A stretch of 64,000 nucleotides of DNA from Polyangiales bacterium. GTDB taxonomy: Bacteria > Myxococcota_A > Polyangia > Polyangiales > Polyangiaceae. Shown here piece after piece: positions 51,985-60,739 of the stretch. Below the pieces are notes generated by a model. The model was not told the origin of the DNA and made no database searches. It saw only the letters and a list, made by a program, of their open reading frames with translations. The stretch is from assembly GCA_038230375.1 (NCBI GenBank), contig JBBRNJ010000003.1:32001-96000 (forward strand), in the 5' to 3' direction. Position 1 is the first letter of the stretch; the number at the start of each line of letters is the position of its first letter. Both the position numbers and the translations under genes were made by a program.

Positions 51985-53127
51985 TCAGAAGATCTGCACC
52001 GTCTGTCCGTCCGTCGTCTTGCACTTCCCATCCGAGGTGGGCGCACCCGACGTGCGCAGGACGTCACTCGCGGCGGGCGCCGCATATTTTCCGGAGAGCT
52101 CCATGCCTACCGCGCGCACGATGCCGGAGCTCAGCTTCGTGATGTAGTAGCAGGGGATCTCTGGCGTCTTGTGCGTGTCGCCGACGCCCGAGTCGTCCGT
52201 CAGGAACATGTAACGGCCGCCGGTGATCTCGGCCGCGCCTCGCATGGTCAGCTCCAGCAGATCGTTCGTGCCGCTGGCGGACACGGGATAGAGGTGGATG
52301 CCGCGCATATGCGTGTCGACGATGGCCTGCCTCATCGCGTCGGCCTTCGCATCGTGGTGCGGTGCATCGGCGACCCAGAACGCGACCTTCGCGACGCCGG
52401 GCTCCGTACGCCACGACAGGTTGCCGAGCTCCTCGAGCCCGAGCTCCGGCGACTCGGGATAGTCACCGCCGCCAAACGCGTCCTGCTTGCGGATCGTGCT
52501 CGCGAACGCCGTGGGGTCGGCCGTGAAGTCGTACGAGCGGACCGAGTACGTATCGCCCTGTCCGACGTCGCGATAGAGAACCAGCGACCAGCGCTGCGAC
52601 GCGCCAGGAAAGCGCGCGCTGATCGCGCTCGAGATGGCGGCGAACTCGGACGCGAGATAGTTGATCTCGTCACCCATGCTTCCGGTCGTATCGAGCACGA
52701 GCGCTGCGTCTACCTGCGTGTGCACGCCGCGCGTCGCGAACTCCGTCGCAGCGGCATCGTATTCGGTGCTCGTGAAGCCGGGAGCACCCGAGAGCCCCGG
52801 ATGCGCCGCGATGTACTTGCCGAAGAAGTCGCGATTGAGCCCATCGTCCCACATGCCTGCGGTGAGGATGCCGGCGCCGACGCTCTGGCCGGGCGTCGGA
52901 GTGCCGCCCTTCGTGCCGTCGCCTCCGGAAGTGGCCGCACCGCCGCCACCGGAGCCGCCGCTCGTCTCGCCACCGCCCCCGGAGCTGCCGCCACTCCCGC
53001 CGCCACCGCCAGGACCGGCGTTGGAATCACCGTTCCCGGATCCCGACTGCGCGGATGACGAGCAGCCTGCTGCACCTGCGGCCGCGAGAAGCGCACCGCA
53101 CAACCCCAGGAGTAGAGCCTTGTTCAT
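51985..53127 (-). CDS. vWA-domain lipoprotein
   Basis: Lipobox AAGC, Gly-rich linker, DTTGSM, YRD, GGGDYPE and ADAPHH. Confidence 0.85.
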   Translation of the reverse strand: MNKALLLGLCGALLAAAGAAGCSSSAQSGSGNGDSNAGPGGGGGSGGSSGGGGETSGGSGGGGAATSGGDGTKGGTPTPGQSVGAGILTAGMWDDGLNRDFFGKYIAAHPGLSGAPGFTSTEYDAAATEFATRGVHTQVDAALVLDTTGSMGDEINYLASEFAAISSAISARFPGASQRWSLVLYRDVGQGDTYSVRSYDFTADPTAFASTIRKQDAFGGGDYPESPELGLEELGNLSWRTEPGVAKVAFWVADAPHHDAKADAMRQAIVDTHMRGIHLYPVSASGTNDLLELTMRGAAEITGGRYMFLTDDSGVGDTHKTPEIPCYYITKLSSGIVRAVGMELSGKYAAPAASDVLRTSGAPTSDGKCKTTDGQTVQIF

Positions 53128-53152
53128 CGTCGTTCTCCGACGACGGGCAAAA

Positions 53153-53167
53153 GCAGGTGCCGTGCCA
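53153..53167 (-). promoter_or_regulatory. Sigma54-type promoter
   Basis: Minus strand TGGCACGGCACCTGC (GG-N10-GC), 25 nt upstream of ATG 53127, with a GGAG SD between. Confidence 0.75.
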
Positions 53168-53327
53168 CGCACGAAATTCGGGACAATCGTTCCTGTTGCA
53201 CACCAACCGATGCGAATCCGCGCTTCACGGACATGACAGCGGTGTCGTTCACAAGCGCGCGCACCGGCCGCGGAACAAGGTGAAACCTTCGGGCCCTTCG
53301 CACGTGTACCCGTGTTAAGGGGCGTGA

Positions 53328-54197
53328 ATGGCCTGGAAAGAAGCAGTGGTTCTCTGCGCGAGCGCCGCGACGGCTCTTGCGCTCGGTGGATGCGAGCCGC
53401 CGCTGCGGCCGGTGGTGGTCGGAAGGGCCACGCCCACCAGCGTGGCGCGGCTCCCGGTCGTTCGTGATGCGAAGGACCGCACCGGCGGTCTGGCCGAGGT
53501 GCTGGGCGGGCGTCGTCCGGTCGTCCTCGCGTTCTTCACGACCTGGTGCCCGGTGTCGAAGCCAACGCTGAACGCGCTCGACCGCATCGCTGCCGAGTAT
53601 CGGGATGGAGTGACGGCGATCGCGGTCGGCATGGATGCGGAGTCGCCGGAGATCACGCAGTTCGTCGCTGGCGAGGGATCGCGCGTCACCATCGCGGTGG
53701 ACCACGACGGGAGCGTCGCGAAGGAGATGAGTGTCCCCACCATGCCGATGATCTTCGTACTGGATGGCGCTGGCGTCATCCGGTATGCGCACGCGGGCTA
53801 TCACGGTGAAGAGGATGATCTCGCGCTGCGTGAAGAGGTGACCTCCCTCACACGGAGGTCGCGCCCCGAGGTCCCCGCGCCGGAGCTGCCCGAGATCGAA
53901 GAGGCACCCCGGGTCGCGATGCAGGAGCCGCCAAAGGCCGCGGTGCCGCCGGACGTGGAGCGCCTGAAGGCGCGCGCGACGGAGGACCTCACGGATGGCG
54001 TGCTGATGGGCGCCTTCAACCTGGCTCAGCTCGCCACCACGAAGGCTCCCGCGGATGCAGAGGCGTGGCTCATCCTGGCCGCTGCGAACACGGCGATGAA
54101 CGATCGCGATGCAGCGCGCGCCGCGTACGAGCATTGCGTCGCCAACGCAAGCGGCCCTCGCGTCAGCGAATGCGTCGTGCTCCTCGCCACGTTTTGA
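53328..54197 (+). CDS. TlpA-like redoxin lipoprotein (CxxS) with C-terminal TPR-like helices
   Basis: VVLAFFTTWCPVS, cis-Pro loop TMP, FVLD..GVIRY.H.GY, and AEAWLILA...AARAAYEHC. Confidence 0.8.
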   Translation: MAWKEAVVLCASAATALALGGCEPPLRPVVVGRATPTSVARLPVVRDAKDRTGGLAEVLGGRRPVVLAFFTTWCPVSKPTLNALDRIAAEYRDGVTAIAVGMDAESPEITQFVAGEGSRVTIAVDHDGSVAKEMSVPTMPMIFVLDGAGVIRYAHAGYHGEEDDLALREEVTSLTRRSRPEVPAPELPEIEEAPRVAMQEPPKAAVPPDVERLKARATEDLTDGVLMGAFNLAQLATTKAPADAEAWLILAAANTAMNDRDAARAAYEHCVANASGPRVSECVVLLATF

Positions 54198-54327
54198 GGC
54201 GGAGCAAACCCCCTACGCAGGGCCGACAGCCACGTTCGCGTCGAGCACGTTCGCCGCACGCGTCGTCGGCATCGATCCGTGAAAAGCCCGTTCGCGCGGT
54301 CGGAAGTTCCCGTGAACGCCGGCCGCT

Positions 54328-55542
54328 CTACTTCGCGAGCCGTGAGATCGTGCCCGACGCGGTCGCCCAGTAGATGCTCTTCGCGTCCTGCGCGATGGTC
54401 ACGATGTGCTGGTTCAGGACCAGCGGAGTTGGCTTCGTGCAGTTCTTCTCGCACCGGTAGAGACCGCCGTTGGCGTTGGGCTCGCCCCAGTACACATAGG
54501 ACGAATCCACGATCAAGGCAGTCGGGTTCCCCATGCCGAGCGTGGCGGCGTAGGTTGTGGGTATGCCGCCCACCGTCGGCGCGGTGCGAACGGCACGGAG
54601 GCCCCCGTAGTAGGCATTGTTTCCGTCGACGGCGATACCCGAGTAGTCCATACCCGCGCCATCGCTGGCCACGTTGGTCACCGTCGAATTGGTGCCGAAC
54701 GGGGCGCTGCGAACTCCGCCGTTGAGCTGGCCGTTGTCGTTGAGATAGGTGCCCCCATTGACCCAGAACACATTCCCGCCGCTGATCGTGATGCTGGTGG
54801 GCGACGGCTGGTCCACGGCAGTCAAGCGAGCCATCGCTCCTCCGGCAATGGCAACGGACCCGACGAAGCCGCCTGCCTGCTGGTTGTAGGTTGTGTACAC
54901 ACTGAAGTAGACACGCGCATTCACCGCATCGAGCGCGGCATCCGAGACGTTGATGATGTCCAGGATGGCCGTTGGCACCATGTTGCAGGACGGAAGCGAG
55001 CACCGATAGATGTGACCGGTACAATAGAAGAAAGCATCTGACGCACCGACGGTCATGCTGTTGCAGTAGCCGCTGGTGCCAGCATCGAACAGCGCAGCGG
55101 CGTTCTGCCCGTTCGCGTCCGCTCCGATGATCGCGCCCGTGCCTCCGCCCGATGGCGTTCGCGACCAGTAGACCTTGGTCCCCGTGGCGATGATCTTCGA
55201 GACATAGACCTGCCCCGTGCTCACGGTCGATGGCTGACAGGTGCCGCCCGCGCACATGCCCCCCAGACAATCGTGACCGCACGTACCGCAGTTCTTTGCG
55301 TCCGTCTGGAAGTTCACGTTCGCGCATACCTGCGCTGCGTCGCCTGCATCCGTGGTGTCGATACCGCCGCCGTCGAAGGACGGCGTGAAGCCCCCGTCGT
55401 GACCCGCGCCGTCAGCCCCGGTATTGCCAGCGTCGGATCCGGAGTTCGCGGGGTTCTCGGTGGAACCAGCGGAGTCGCCAACACAGGCCTGGATGGAAAC
55501 GCTGAGGAGCAGAACCGTAAGACTGCCAAATACTACTCGCAT
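54328..55542 (-). CDS. Lipoprotein with Cys-rich module and beta-propeller repeats
   Basis: Lipobox IQAC, D.KNCG.CGHDC.GG.C, and repeated I.VD...VYW. Confidence 0.8.
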   Translation of the reverse strand: MRVVFGSLTVLLLSVSIQACVGDSAGSTENPANSGSDAGNTGADGAGHDGGFTPSFDGGGIDTTDAGDAAQVCANVNFQTDAKNCGTCGHDCLGGMCAGGTCQPSTVSTGQVYVSKIIATGTKVYWSRTPSGGGTGAIIGADANGQNAAALFDAGTSGYCNSMTVGASDAFFYCTGHIYRCSLPSCNMVPTAILDIINVSDAALDAVNARVYFSVYTTYNQQAGGFVGSVAIAGGAMARLTAVDQPSPTSITISGGNVFWVNGGTYLNDNGQLNGGVRSAPFGTNSTVTNVASDGAGMDYSGIAVDGNNAYYGGLRAVRTAPTVGGIPTTYAATLGMGNPTALIVDSSYVYWGEPNANGGLYRCEKNCTKPTPLVLNQHIVTIAQDAKSIYWATASGTISRLAK

Positions 55543-55699
55543 TGAACAAGCGTACACACCAGCGCGAGAAGCGCCCGCGGTGAACCGTCGCCTGGTTGGA
55601 TGACAAAGCTTTCCGCTCAGGAAAATGACGCCTTTTGCGTCCACACGCGCGGCGCGAAACGGACGCGTCCGAGATCATCCGTGGACCGACGGCCACCCG

Positions 55700-56013
55700 C
55701 ACGCGATCATACGCCCGCGATCATCGTCGGCGGCGCTGGCGTCGCGTCGCTCGTGGTTGGTTCCATCTTCGGTGCCCACGCCATCAAGAAGCACGACGAC
55801 AGCGCTGCGGCCTGTACCGCGAACCCCTGCAGCGCAGGCAGCGTCTCCGCGAACGACGCGTCGAAGACTGCCGCAGACACCTCGACCGTCGCGTTCGCAG
55901 TGGGCCTCGTTGGCCTTGGCGTCAGCACCTACCTCTGGCTCTCGGGCAGCGACGCGACCTCCACCACGCGCGCTGTCCGCATCAGCCCCTTCGGCCTCAC
56001 TGGCAGCTTTTGA
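55700..56013 (+). pseudogene. 3' remnant of a PEGA/TPR-type membrane protein gene
   Basis: Encodes only the two-TM Cys-loop C-terminus ending LTGSF. There is no credible start or N-terminal domain; the left boundary is approximate. Confidence 0.55.
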
Positions 56014-56033
56014 ATGGCGCGGCGAACGTCGAC

Positions 56034-56084
56034 TGGTAAAAAATGAAAGTCCGTTTCAAAATTTGCGCGTTGCGTTTCAAACGC
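56034..56084 (+). repeat. 51-bp dispersed direct repeat, copy B
   Basis: TGGTAAAAAATGAAAGTCCGTTTCAAAAT-N11-GTTTCAAACGC. Overlaps the -35 region of the next gene. Confidence 0.9.
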
Positions 56085-56103
56085 GGGCTCGTACGCTTCG
56101 CGC

Positions 56104-56721
56104 ATGGTGACAGCGCTCGCAAAACAGGCCAGAACGCACGCCCGGGATCTCCTGGGACGCATCGCCGCGCGAAAGGACGACATCGCCCGCGCGTTCTACG
56201 ACATCGGCACGGCGCTCAGAGAGCTGCACGAGAAGAAGCTCCATGGCGCGCTCGGCTACGACAGCTTCGACGCCATGCTCGCGGCGGAGGGGCTGATGAG
56301 CGGTCAGTATGCCCGGCGGCTCATCCAGGTCGCGGCGTCGTTCGATCGCGACCAGGCGCGGCGGCTCGGCGCCGAGAAGGCGTACGCCCTTGTTCGATAC
56401 TGCGCGCGGACCAAGCAGGACGACGATCCGGTCCAGTACCTCATGGAGGGCTTTCCGGTCTCGGGGGGCAAGCGGCGCCCCATCGACGAGGTCGCGGTGC
56501 GGGAGATCGCGGAGACCACGCGCATCGCGGTGCTTCGGCAGAAGGGCGAGCACAGCGCGAGCGAGTCAGCGCGAAGGGACGCGGCCGCCGCGGCACGCAA
56601 GCTCCACGCAAAGCTGAAAACGCGCATGAACGGCGAGCTGACGGTGAAACACACGTTCCGCCGCGGCCACTGGTGGCTCGAGCTCGTGATCCCTGCCGAG
56701 ATGGGGACGCTCATTCGCTGA
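56104..56721 (+). CDS. Basic hypothetical protein, DUF3102-like N-terminus, possible DNA binder
   Basis: FYDIGTALREL...GYDSF...MS...ARRLIQVA. TACGCT 6 nt upstream of the ATG. Confidence 0.7.
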   Translation: MVTALAKQARTHARDLLGRIAARKDDIARAFYDIGTALRELHEKKLHGALGYDSFDAMLAAEGLMSGQYARRLIQVAASFDRDQARRLGAEKAYALVRYCARTKQDDDPVQYLMEGFPVSGGKRRPIDEVAVREIAETTRIAVLRQKGEHSASESARRDAAAAARKLHAKLKTRMNGELTVKHTFRRGHWWLELVIPAEMGTLIR

Positions 56722-56782
56722 GCGGTTCGGAGGGCGTTCGACGCTGATGGCCACGTTGGCTCAACGGCTCGATGCCATGCGC

Positions 56783-57154
56783 TCATTGATCGGCGGCGTC
56801 GCGGGACGCGTCCACGGATGAGTCGGACACGGACGCATCCAGGATGGAGGCGTCGTCCGCGGATCCATCGGTGTCGGCGGATCCATCTGCGTCCGCATCG
56901 CCGATGGACGCATCGGGGGCGGCCGCGTCTGCGTCGGGTCCGGCGTCACCCGCGTCGGCCTGGTCTGCGCACCTGCGGACGTCGACCGGTCTGCCTGAGT
57001 CGGGGTCTGTACAACCACCCGAGCCCCCTCCGCAGCCCGACAAGTAGACGCCGTTGAACGTGGCCGCGAGGCCGACCCCCGCCGCGAGCAACATGCGCGA
57101 CGTTCGAGATCTGGTCTTCGAGCGCGCGTCTCCGCGGGGACTACTGGACTTCAT
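56783..57154 (-). CDS. Small acidic lipoprotein
   Basis: Lipobox LSGC and DA-rich tail; sigma54-type motif upstream. Confidence 0.6.
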   Translation of the reverse strand: MKSSSPRGDARSKTRSRTSRMLLAAGVGLAATFNGVYLSGCGGGSGGCTDPDSGRPVDVRRCADQADAGDAGPDADAAAPDASIGDADADGSADTDGSADDASILDASVSDSSVDASRDAADQ

Positions 57155-57168
57155 GGGAGTGCAGAGGA

Positions 57169-57183
57169 GCAAACGACGTACCA
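57169..57183 (-). promoter_or_regulatory. Sigma54-type promoter
   Basis: Minus strand TGGTACGTCGTTTGC (GG-N10-GC), 14 nt upstream of ATG 57154. Confidence 0.6.
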
Positions 57184-57369
57184 GAGCGGCATCGGGCGAT
57201 CCGGCCGAAAAACACCCTGATCAGAGCGAGCCGACGGCTTCGACTACGTCCGCGAAGCCACCTCGTACCAGGACCGCTGGGTCATGCAGGCGTGAACGCG
57301 CGCGTTGCACAACGCCGACCTCAGCGCCCAGAATCGGCAGAAGCGACGCGTGATCCCTGGCGACCGCGG

Positions 57370-57383
57370 GGCATGCGAATTGC
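57370..57383 (+). promoter_or_regulatory. Sigma54-type promoter
   Basis: GGCATGCGAATTGC (GG-N10-GC), 12 nt upstream of ATG 57396. Confidence 0.6.
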
Positions 57384-57395
57384 TGAACGCATGGC

Positions 57396-57767
57396 ATGCG
57401 CCGAGTCTCTTCATCTCTGTTCTTCGCCGCCGTGGCTCTCGTGACATGGGGCGCATCGGCCTCCGGGTTTCGAGAAGACGAGGTCGTCTGCGAAGAGGCC
57501 GTCGCGCTCCTCAAGAATTGTTGTTCTTCGTTCCAGCCGATCGCGATCGCGTGTCACCACGAGCGATCCGATCAACCCGTTGGCTGTCTCTCGTACCTGG
57601 AACCCCGCGATCAGGACCCCGACATCGACGAGGCGACGAGCACATGCCTCCGCGCGATGGGGTGTGAGGATCTCGTGGCGCAGGGCGTGTGTGAGCGCGC
57701 AGCGACCTCGGCGGCGCACGCCATCGCGACAGGCGGGGTGCCGCAGTTCGCCGGGGTGTGCCCGTGA
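57396..57767 (+). CDS. Small secreted Cys-rich protein
   Basis: Signal peptide; REDEVVCEEAV..L..CC...C...GVC. Confidence 0.7.
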   Translation: MRRVSSSLFFAAVALVTWGASASGFREDEVVCEEAVALLKNCCSSFQPIAIACHHERSDQPVGCLSYLEPRDQDPDIDEATSTCLRAMGCEDLVAQGVCERAATSAAHAIATGGVPQFAGVCP

Positions 57768-58387
57768 GGCTGCGTGCGCTCGTGCGTGGGCTCGCGTTGG
57801 CGATGACACTTGTGTCCGGCGCAGAAGAGCTCGCGCACGCACAGGAACCACAGGCACAGGAGAGCCCGCATGAGGCCGCGACCGAGGCCGCGGTCGCGCC
57901 ACGACGGTCGGTGCAAGACCCTGGGATTCGCTTCTCCGGAAAGCTGGAGCTGGACCACGGCTTCATGAAGATGTTCGGCCTGCCGCTCGATATGAATGGC
58001 GCACGCGCCGGCCTGGGACTGCAGACCAAGAAGCTCTCGCTGTACGTGCTCGCGGATCTTGGCGTTGGCGGCTTGCCGCACCGGCTCGGGGCAGCGGGTG
58101 GCTCGCTGGGCGCGGAGGCGCTCTACAGAGCACTCCCGTTCCTGCGTGTCGGTGGGGGCGTGCGCGCTAGCTATCTGAGAATCGACCGCGCGACCGTCGA
58201 CAACCCGATGACCGCCCTGGCCGTTGGAGCATTCCTCGCGGCGAATGTGGACGTATATGATTTTGGCGTCCGCGATGATCACGGCGCCTTTCTCGGCGCG
58301 CGCCTCGACCTGGACAGCTACGAAGGCGTCGCGAGCAGCGGCCCGCTCGTGTGGGGGCCGGAGTTCATGGTGGGCTTTCGATACTGA
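57764..58387 (+). CDS. Putative outer-membrane beta-barrel protein
   Basis: GTGA overlap with the upstream gene, signal peptide (AHA) and C-terminal VGFRY. Confidence 0.7.
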   Translation: MRLRALVRGLALAMTLVSGAEELAHAQEPQAQESPHEAATEAAVAPRRSVQDPGIRFSGKLELDHGFMKMFGLPLDMNGARAGLGLQTKKLSLYVLADLGVGGLPHRLGAAGGSLGAEALYRALPFLRVGGGVRASYLRIDRATVDNPMTALAVGAFLAANVDVYDFGVRDDHGAFLGARLDLDSYEGVASSGPLVWGPEFMVGFRY

Positions 58388-58404
58388 CGCGAGACCACCT
58401 TCGG

Positions 58405-60720
58405 CTATGGCGACGCGGGCTTGTCGATTCGTGGGCCCACGTGCACGGCGCCGTCGCCATCGGCGTCGACCCACACGAGCCCCGTCATGCCGATGGGGCG
58501 CACGCCCTTCCGGCCCATGACGGCGTCGAGCGGAGTGTCCGAGTCGACCCACGCGAAGAGCACGGCGTCGTGCTCCACGATGAGCTCCACGTCCGCATCG
58601 AAGCGCACACCGTCCTTCGCGGGGCCCGTCACGGTGATCGTCTTCGCGACAGTGTCGTCCACGTGTAGCTCCACGCGCGAAACCGGAATCCATGCTGGAC
58701 CGAGCACGCGCACGTGCACGCGCAGCGGCTTTCCCGGTGTGGCCTTCACGGTCGCGCCAATGGGCCTTCCATCCACAGTCATGTCCACGAACGGCCCCGC
58801 GCTGATGGTGGTCTCCGCGCGCAGGAGCCCAGCCACGACGCGATCCGCAAGCGCGCCGTCACCCGCCGTCTTGACCCACGTGCGCGGCCAGCCGGCCTCC
58901 TCGAAGAACAGTTTGTGTGAGTCGCTGTTGCCCACTGCCGCGACGTGCTTTCCGCGTCGCGCAAGGCCCACGAGATCTGCTGCGCCCTCACGCACGCGGT
59001 CGGGGTGCTCGAGCCAGAAGCCGTTGTGAACCTCCAACGCGTCGAACTCCGCCGAGAATGCAGGGCCGCCGCTGCCGTCCTTTGCGTCGAACCGCGCAAG
59101 GTCGAAGTAGCCAATGCCCGGCGCCATGCGCGCGTGGTTCACCTCCACGACCTTGGCGCCCATCGCGCGCGAGCCAGCGAACACGTCCTTCGCGGCCACG
59201 TCCCAGTACGCGGGCACGGCCAGCTCCGGCGCGGCGTCCGTGGGGAGCGCCATGGGGAACACGTTGAAGTGACCCAGGGCGCGCGTCGTCACCTCCACGC
59301 CCGGGACGAACCTGAGGCCGCCTGGCAGCGTGGTCCGCGCGAGCGCCGGTCCGTAGTCGGTGATGCGGTTGTGATCCGTCGCCACGGCAAAGTCCACGCC
59401 CATGCATGCGAGCTCCGCGACGCGCTCGTCGAGCGACACCCGCGAGTCCGGGCTGGGAGCTGCGTGCAGGTGGAGGTCCGCGCTGGTCCAGCCCACGGGC
59501 GACACCACACGCGCGAGCGTGCCCGACACCGAAGGGTTCTTCCCGGCCGCCAGCGATGCATGCGCGGTGTGCAGCGTGTGCATTGGACCGTGCGTCGCCA
59601 CGAGCTCGTAGGCGCCGGGCGCGACCTTCACGCTGCCGCGGCCTTTGGGCAGATAGATCACGCGGCCCTCCGCGAACGTGGGGTGCTCCGTGGTCGAGAC
59701 GGGCAGGGGTGCGGGCTCTTTGCCGCCGTCAGTTCGGCGAAGCAGCACCTGCACGGGCACTGGTGTCTTTCCCTCTGCGTATGACAGCGAGAGCTCCGCG
59801 GTGAGCTCTGCGTCCGGCGTGATCGGGACCTCTGCCGTGAGCGTCAAGGTGCGCGATACATCCGCGCCCTGGTGACGAAGGAAGAGCGCGGCGGGAAAGG
59901 ATTCGTTCGCGACGTGCACCAGGTGGCGCTCCGCCTTCATCGTCTTGCCCGTGATGGAGATGGAGAGGCCGACCTCGGCGATCGTCACGCGTGGCGTCTC
60001 GTACGTGCCTTCCCAGCCCACGTTCACGCCGGGAAATGTGGGCTCCGCTGTGCCGGGGTTCAGCTCGTCGGCGATAGACGCGCCCTCTGGAAGGTTCTGC
60101 GCCGTGGTGTGCACCGTCAGCGCGCCCTCGCCCGTTGGGCAATAGGTGGTCGTGAGCGTCACGCCCTCCACGTCGCCGCGCACCAGCACGCCCGACGTGC
60201 CCGCGCCGGGCCCACCGGCGAACTCGTCGCACCCGATCGTGGTGACGGCGGATGCGAAGAGCACGTGGGCCTTGTGGGCCTTGTCCTCCCACGCCTGACG
60301 AAAGTAGAGGAGCGGATCGGGGACGTCCGCGTCCGTGAGCGTCGCATCCAGGAGCGCGCCACGCAACGGTCGGTGGCCCGCCTTGTCCGCGCTCGTCGAG
60401 AACACGAACCGCGCGGCGCCTGCTGGCACGATCACATCGCCGGCCTTTCCATAGGCGTGGAACGCGCGGCGGTGCGCGCCCAGGGTCGCGAGCGGAGCAC
60501 CTGGCGGCAGGGATGTGGCGGCGCTCGGCGCGGAGGAAGGAGCGGACGCCGTCTGCACCGCGCTCGCAGCGCCAACATTGTTCGGCGGCTTGGTCTCCGT
60601 CGCATCCTTCGGGCACGCCGCAAGCAACAGGGCGAGCAACAAGAGGAGCGGGGATGCCAGCATCGGGCGGGCAAACGAGCGAAACGAGTTGGAACCGTGG
60701 AGCTTCACGGGCGGCAGCAT
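58405..60720 (-). CDS. CehA/McbA-family (PHP-like) metallohydrolase lipoprotein
   Basis: SADLHLH, ATDHN, GVEVT, GHFN, NH and GNSDSH; lipobox LAAC. The start may be at 60664. Confidence 0.85.
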   Translation of the reverse strand: MLPPVKLHGSNSFRSFARPMLASPLLLLLALLLAACPKDATETKPPNNVGAASAVQTASAPSSAPSAATSLPPGAPLATLGAHRRAFHAYGKAGDVIVPAGAARFVFSTSADKAGHRPLRGALLDATLTDADVPDPLLYFRQAWEDKAHKAHVLFASAVTTIGCDEFAGGPGAGTSGVLVRGDVEGVTLTTTYCPTGEGALTVHTTAQNLPEGASIADELNPGTAEPTFPGVNVGWEGTYETPRVTIAEVGLSISITGKTMKAERHLVHVANESFPAALFLRHQGADVSRTLTLTAEVPITPDAELTAELSLSYAEGKTPVPVQVLLRRTDGGKEPAPLPVSTTEHPTFAEGRVIYLPKGRGSVKVAPGAYELVATHGPMHTLHTAHASLAAGKNPSVSGTLARVVSPVGWTSADLHLHAAPSPDSRVSLDERVAELACMGVDFAVATDHNRITDYGPALARTTLPGGLRFVPGVEVTTRALGHFNVFPMALPTDAAPELAVPAYWDVAAKDVFAGSRAMGAKVVEVNHARMAPGIGYFDLARFDAKDGSGGPAFSAEFDALEVHNGFWLEHPDRVREGAADLVGLARRGKHVAAVGNSDSHKLFFEEAGWPRTWVKTAGDGALADRVVAGLLRAETTISAGPFVDMTVDGRPIGATVKATPGKPLRVHVRVLGPAWIPVSRVELHVDDTVAKTITVTGPAKDGVRFDADVELIVEHDAVLFAWVDSDTPLDAVMGRKGVRPIGMTGLVWVDADGDGAVHVGPRIDKPASP

Positions 60721-60739
60721 AGCGCGCTACGCTGGGCGA

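Noticed and set aside
57232..57294. Short coding-like stretch (DGFDYVREATSYQDRWVMQA-stop)
   Set aside because: No start codon context and too short to support; possibly a remnant.
49900..58400. Integron cassette array or prophage
   Set aside because: Genes lie in mixed orientation, and I found no attC-like sites, integrase or phage genes.
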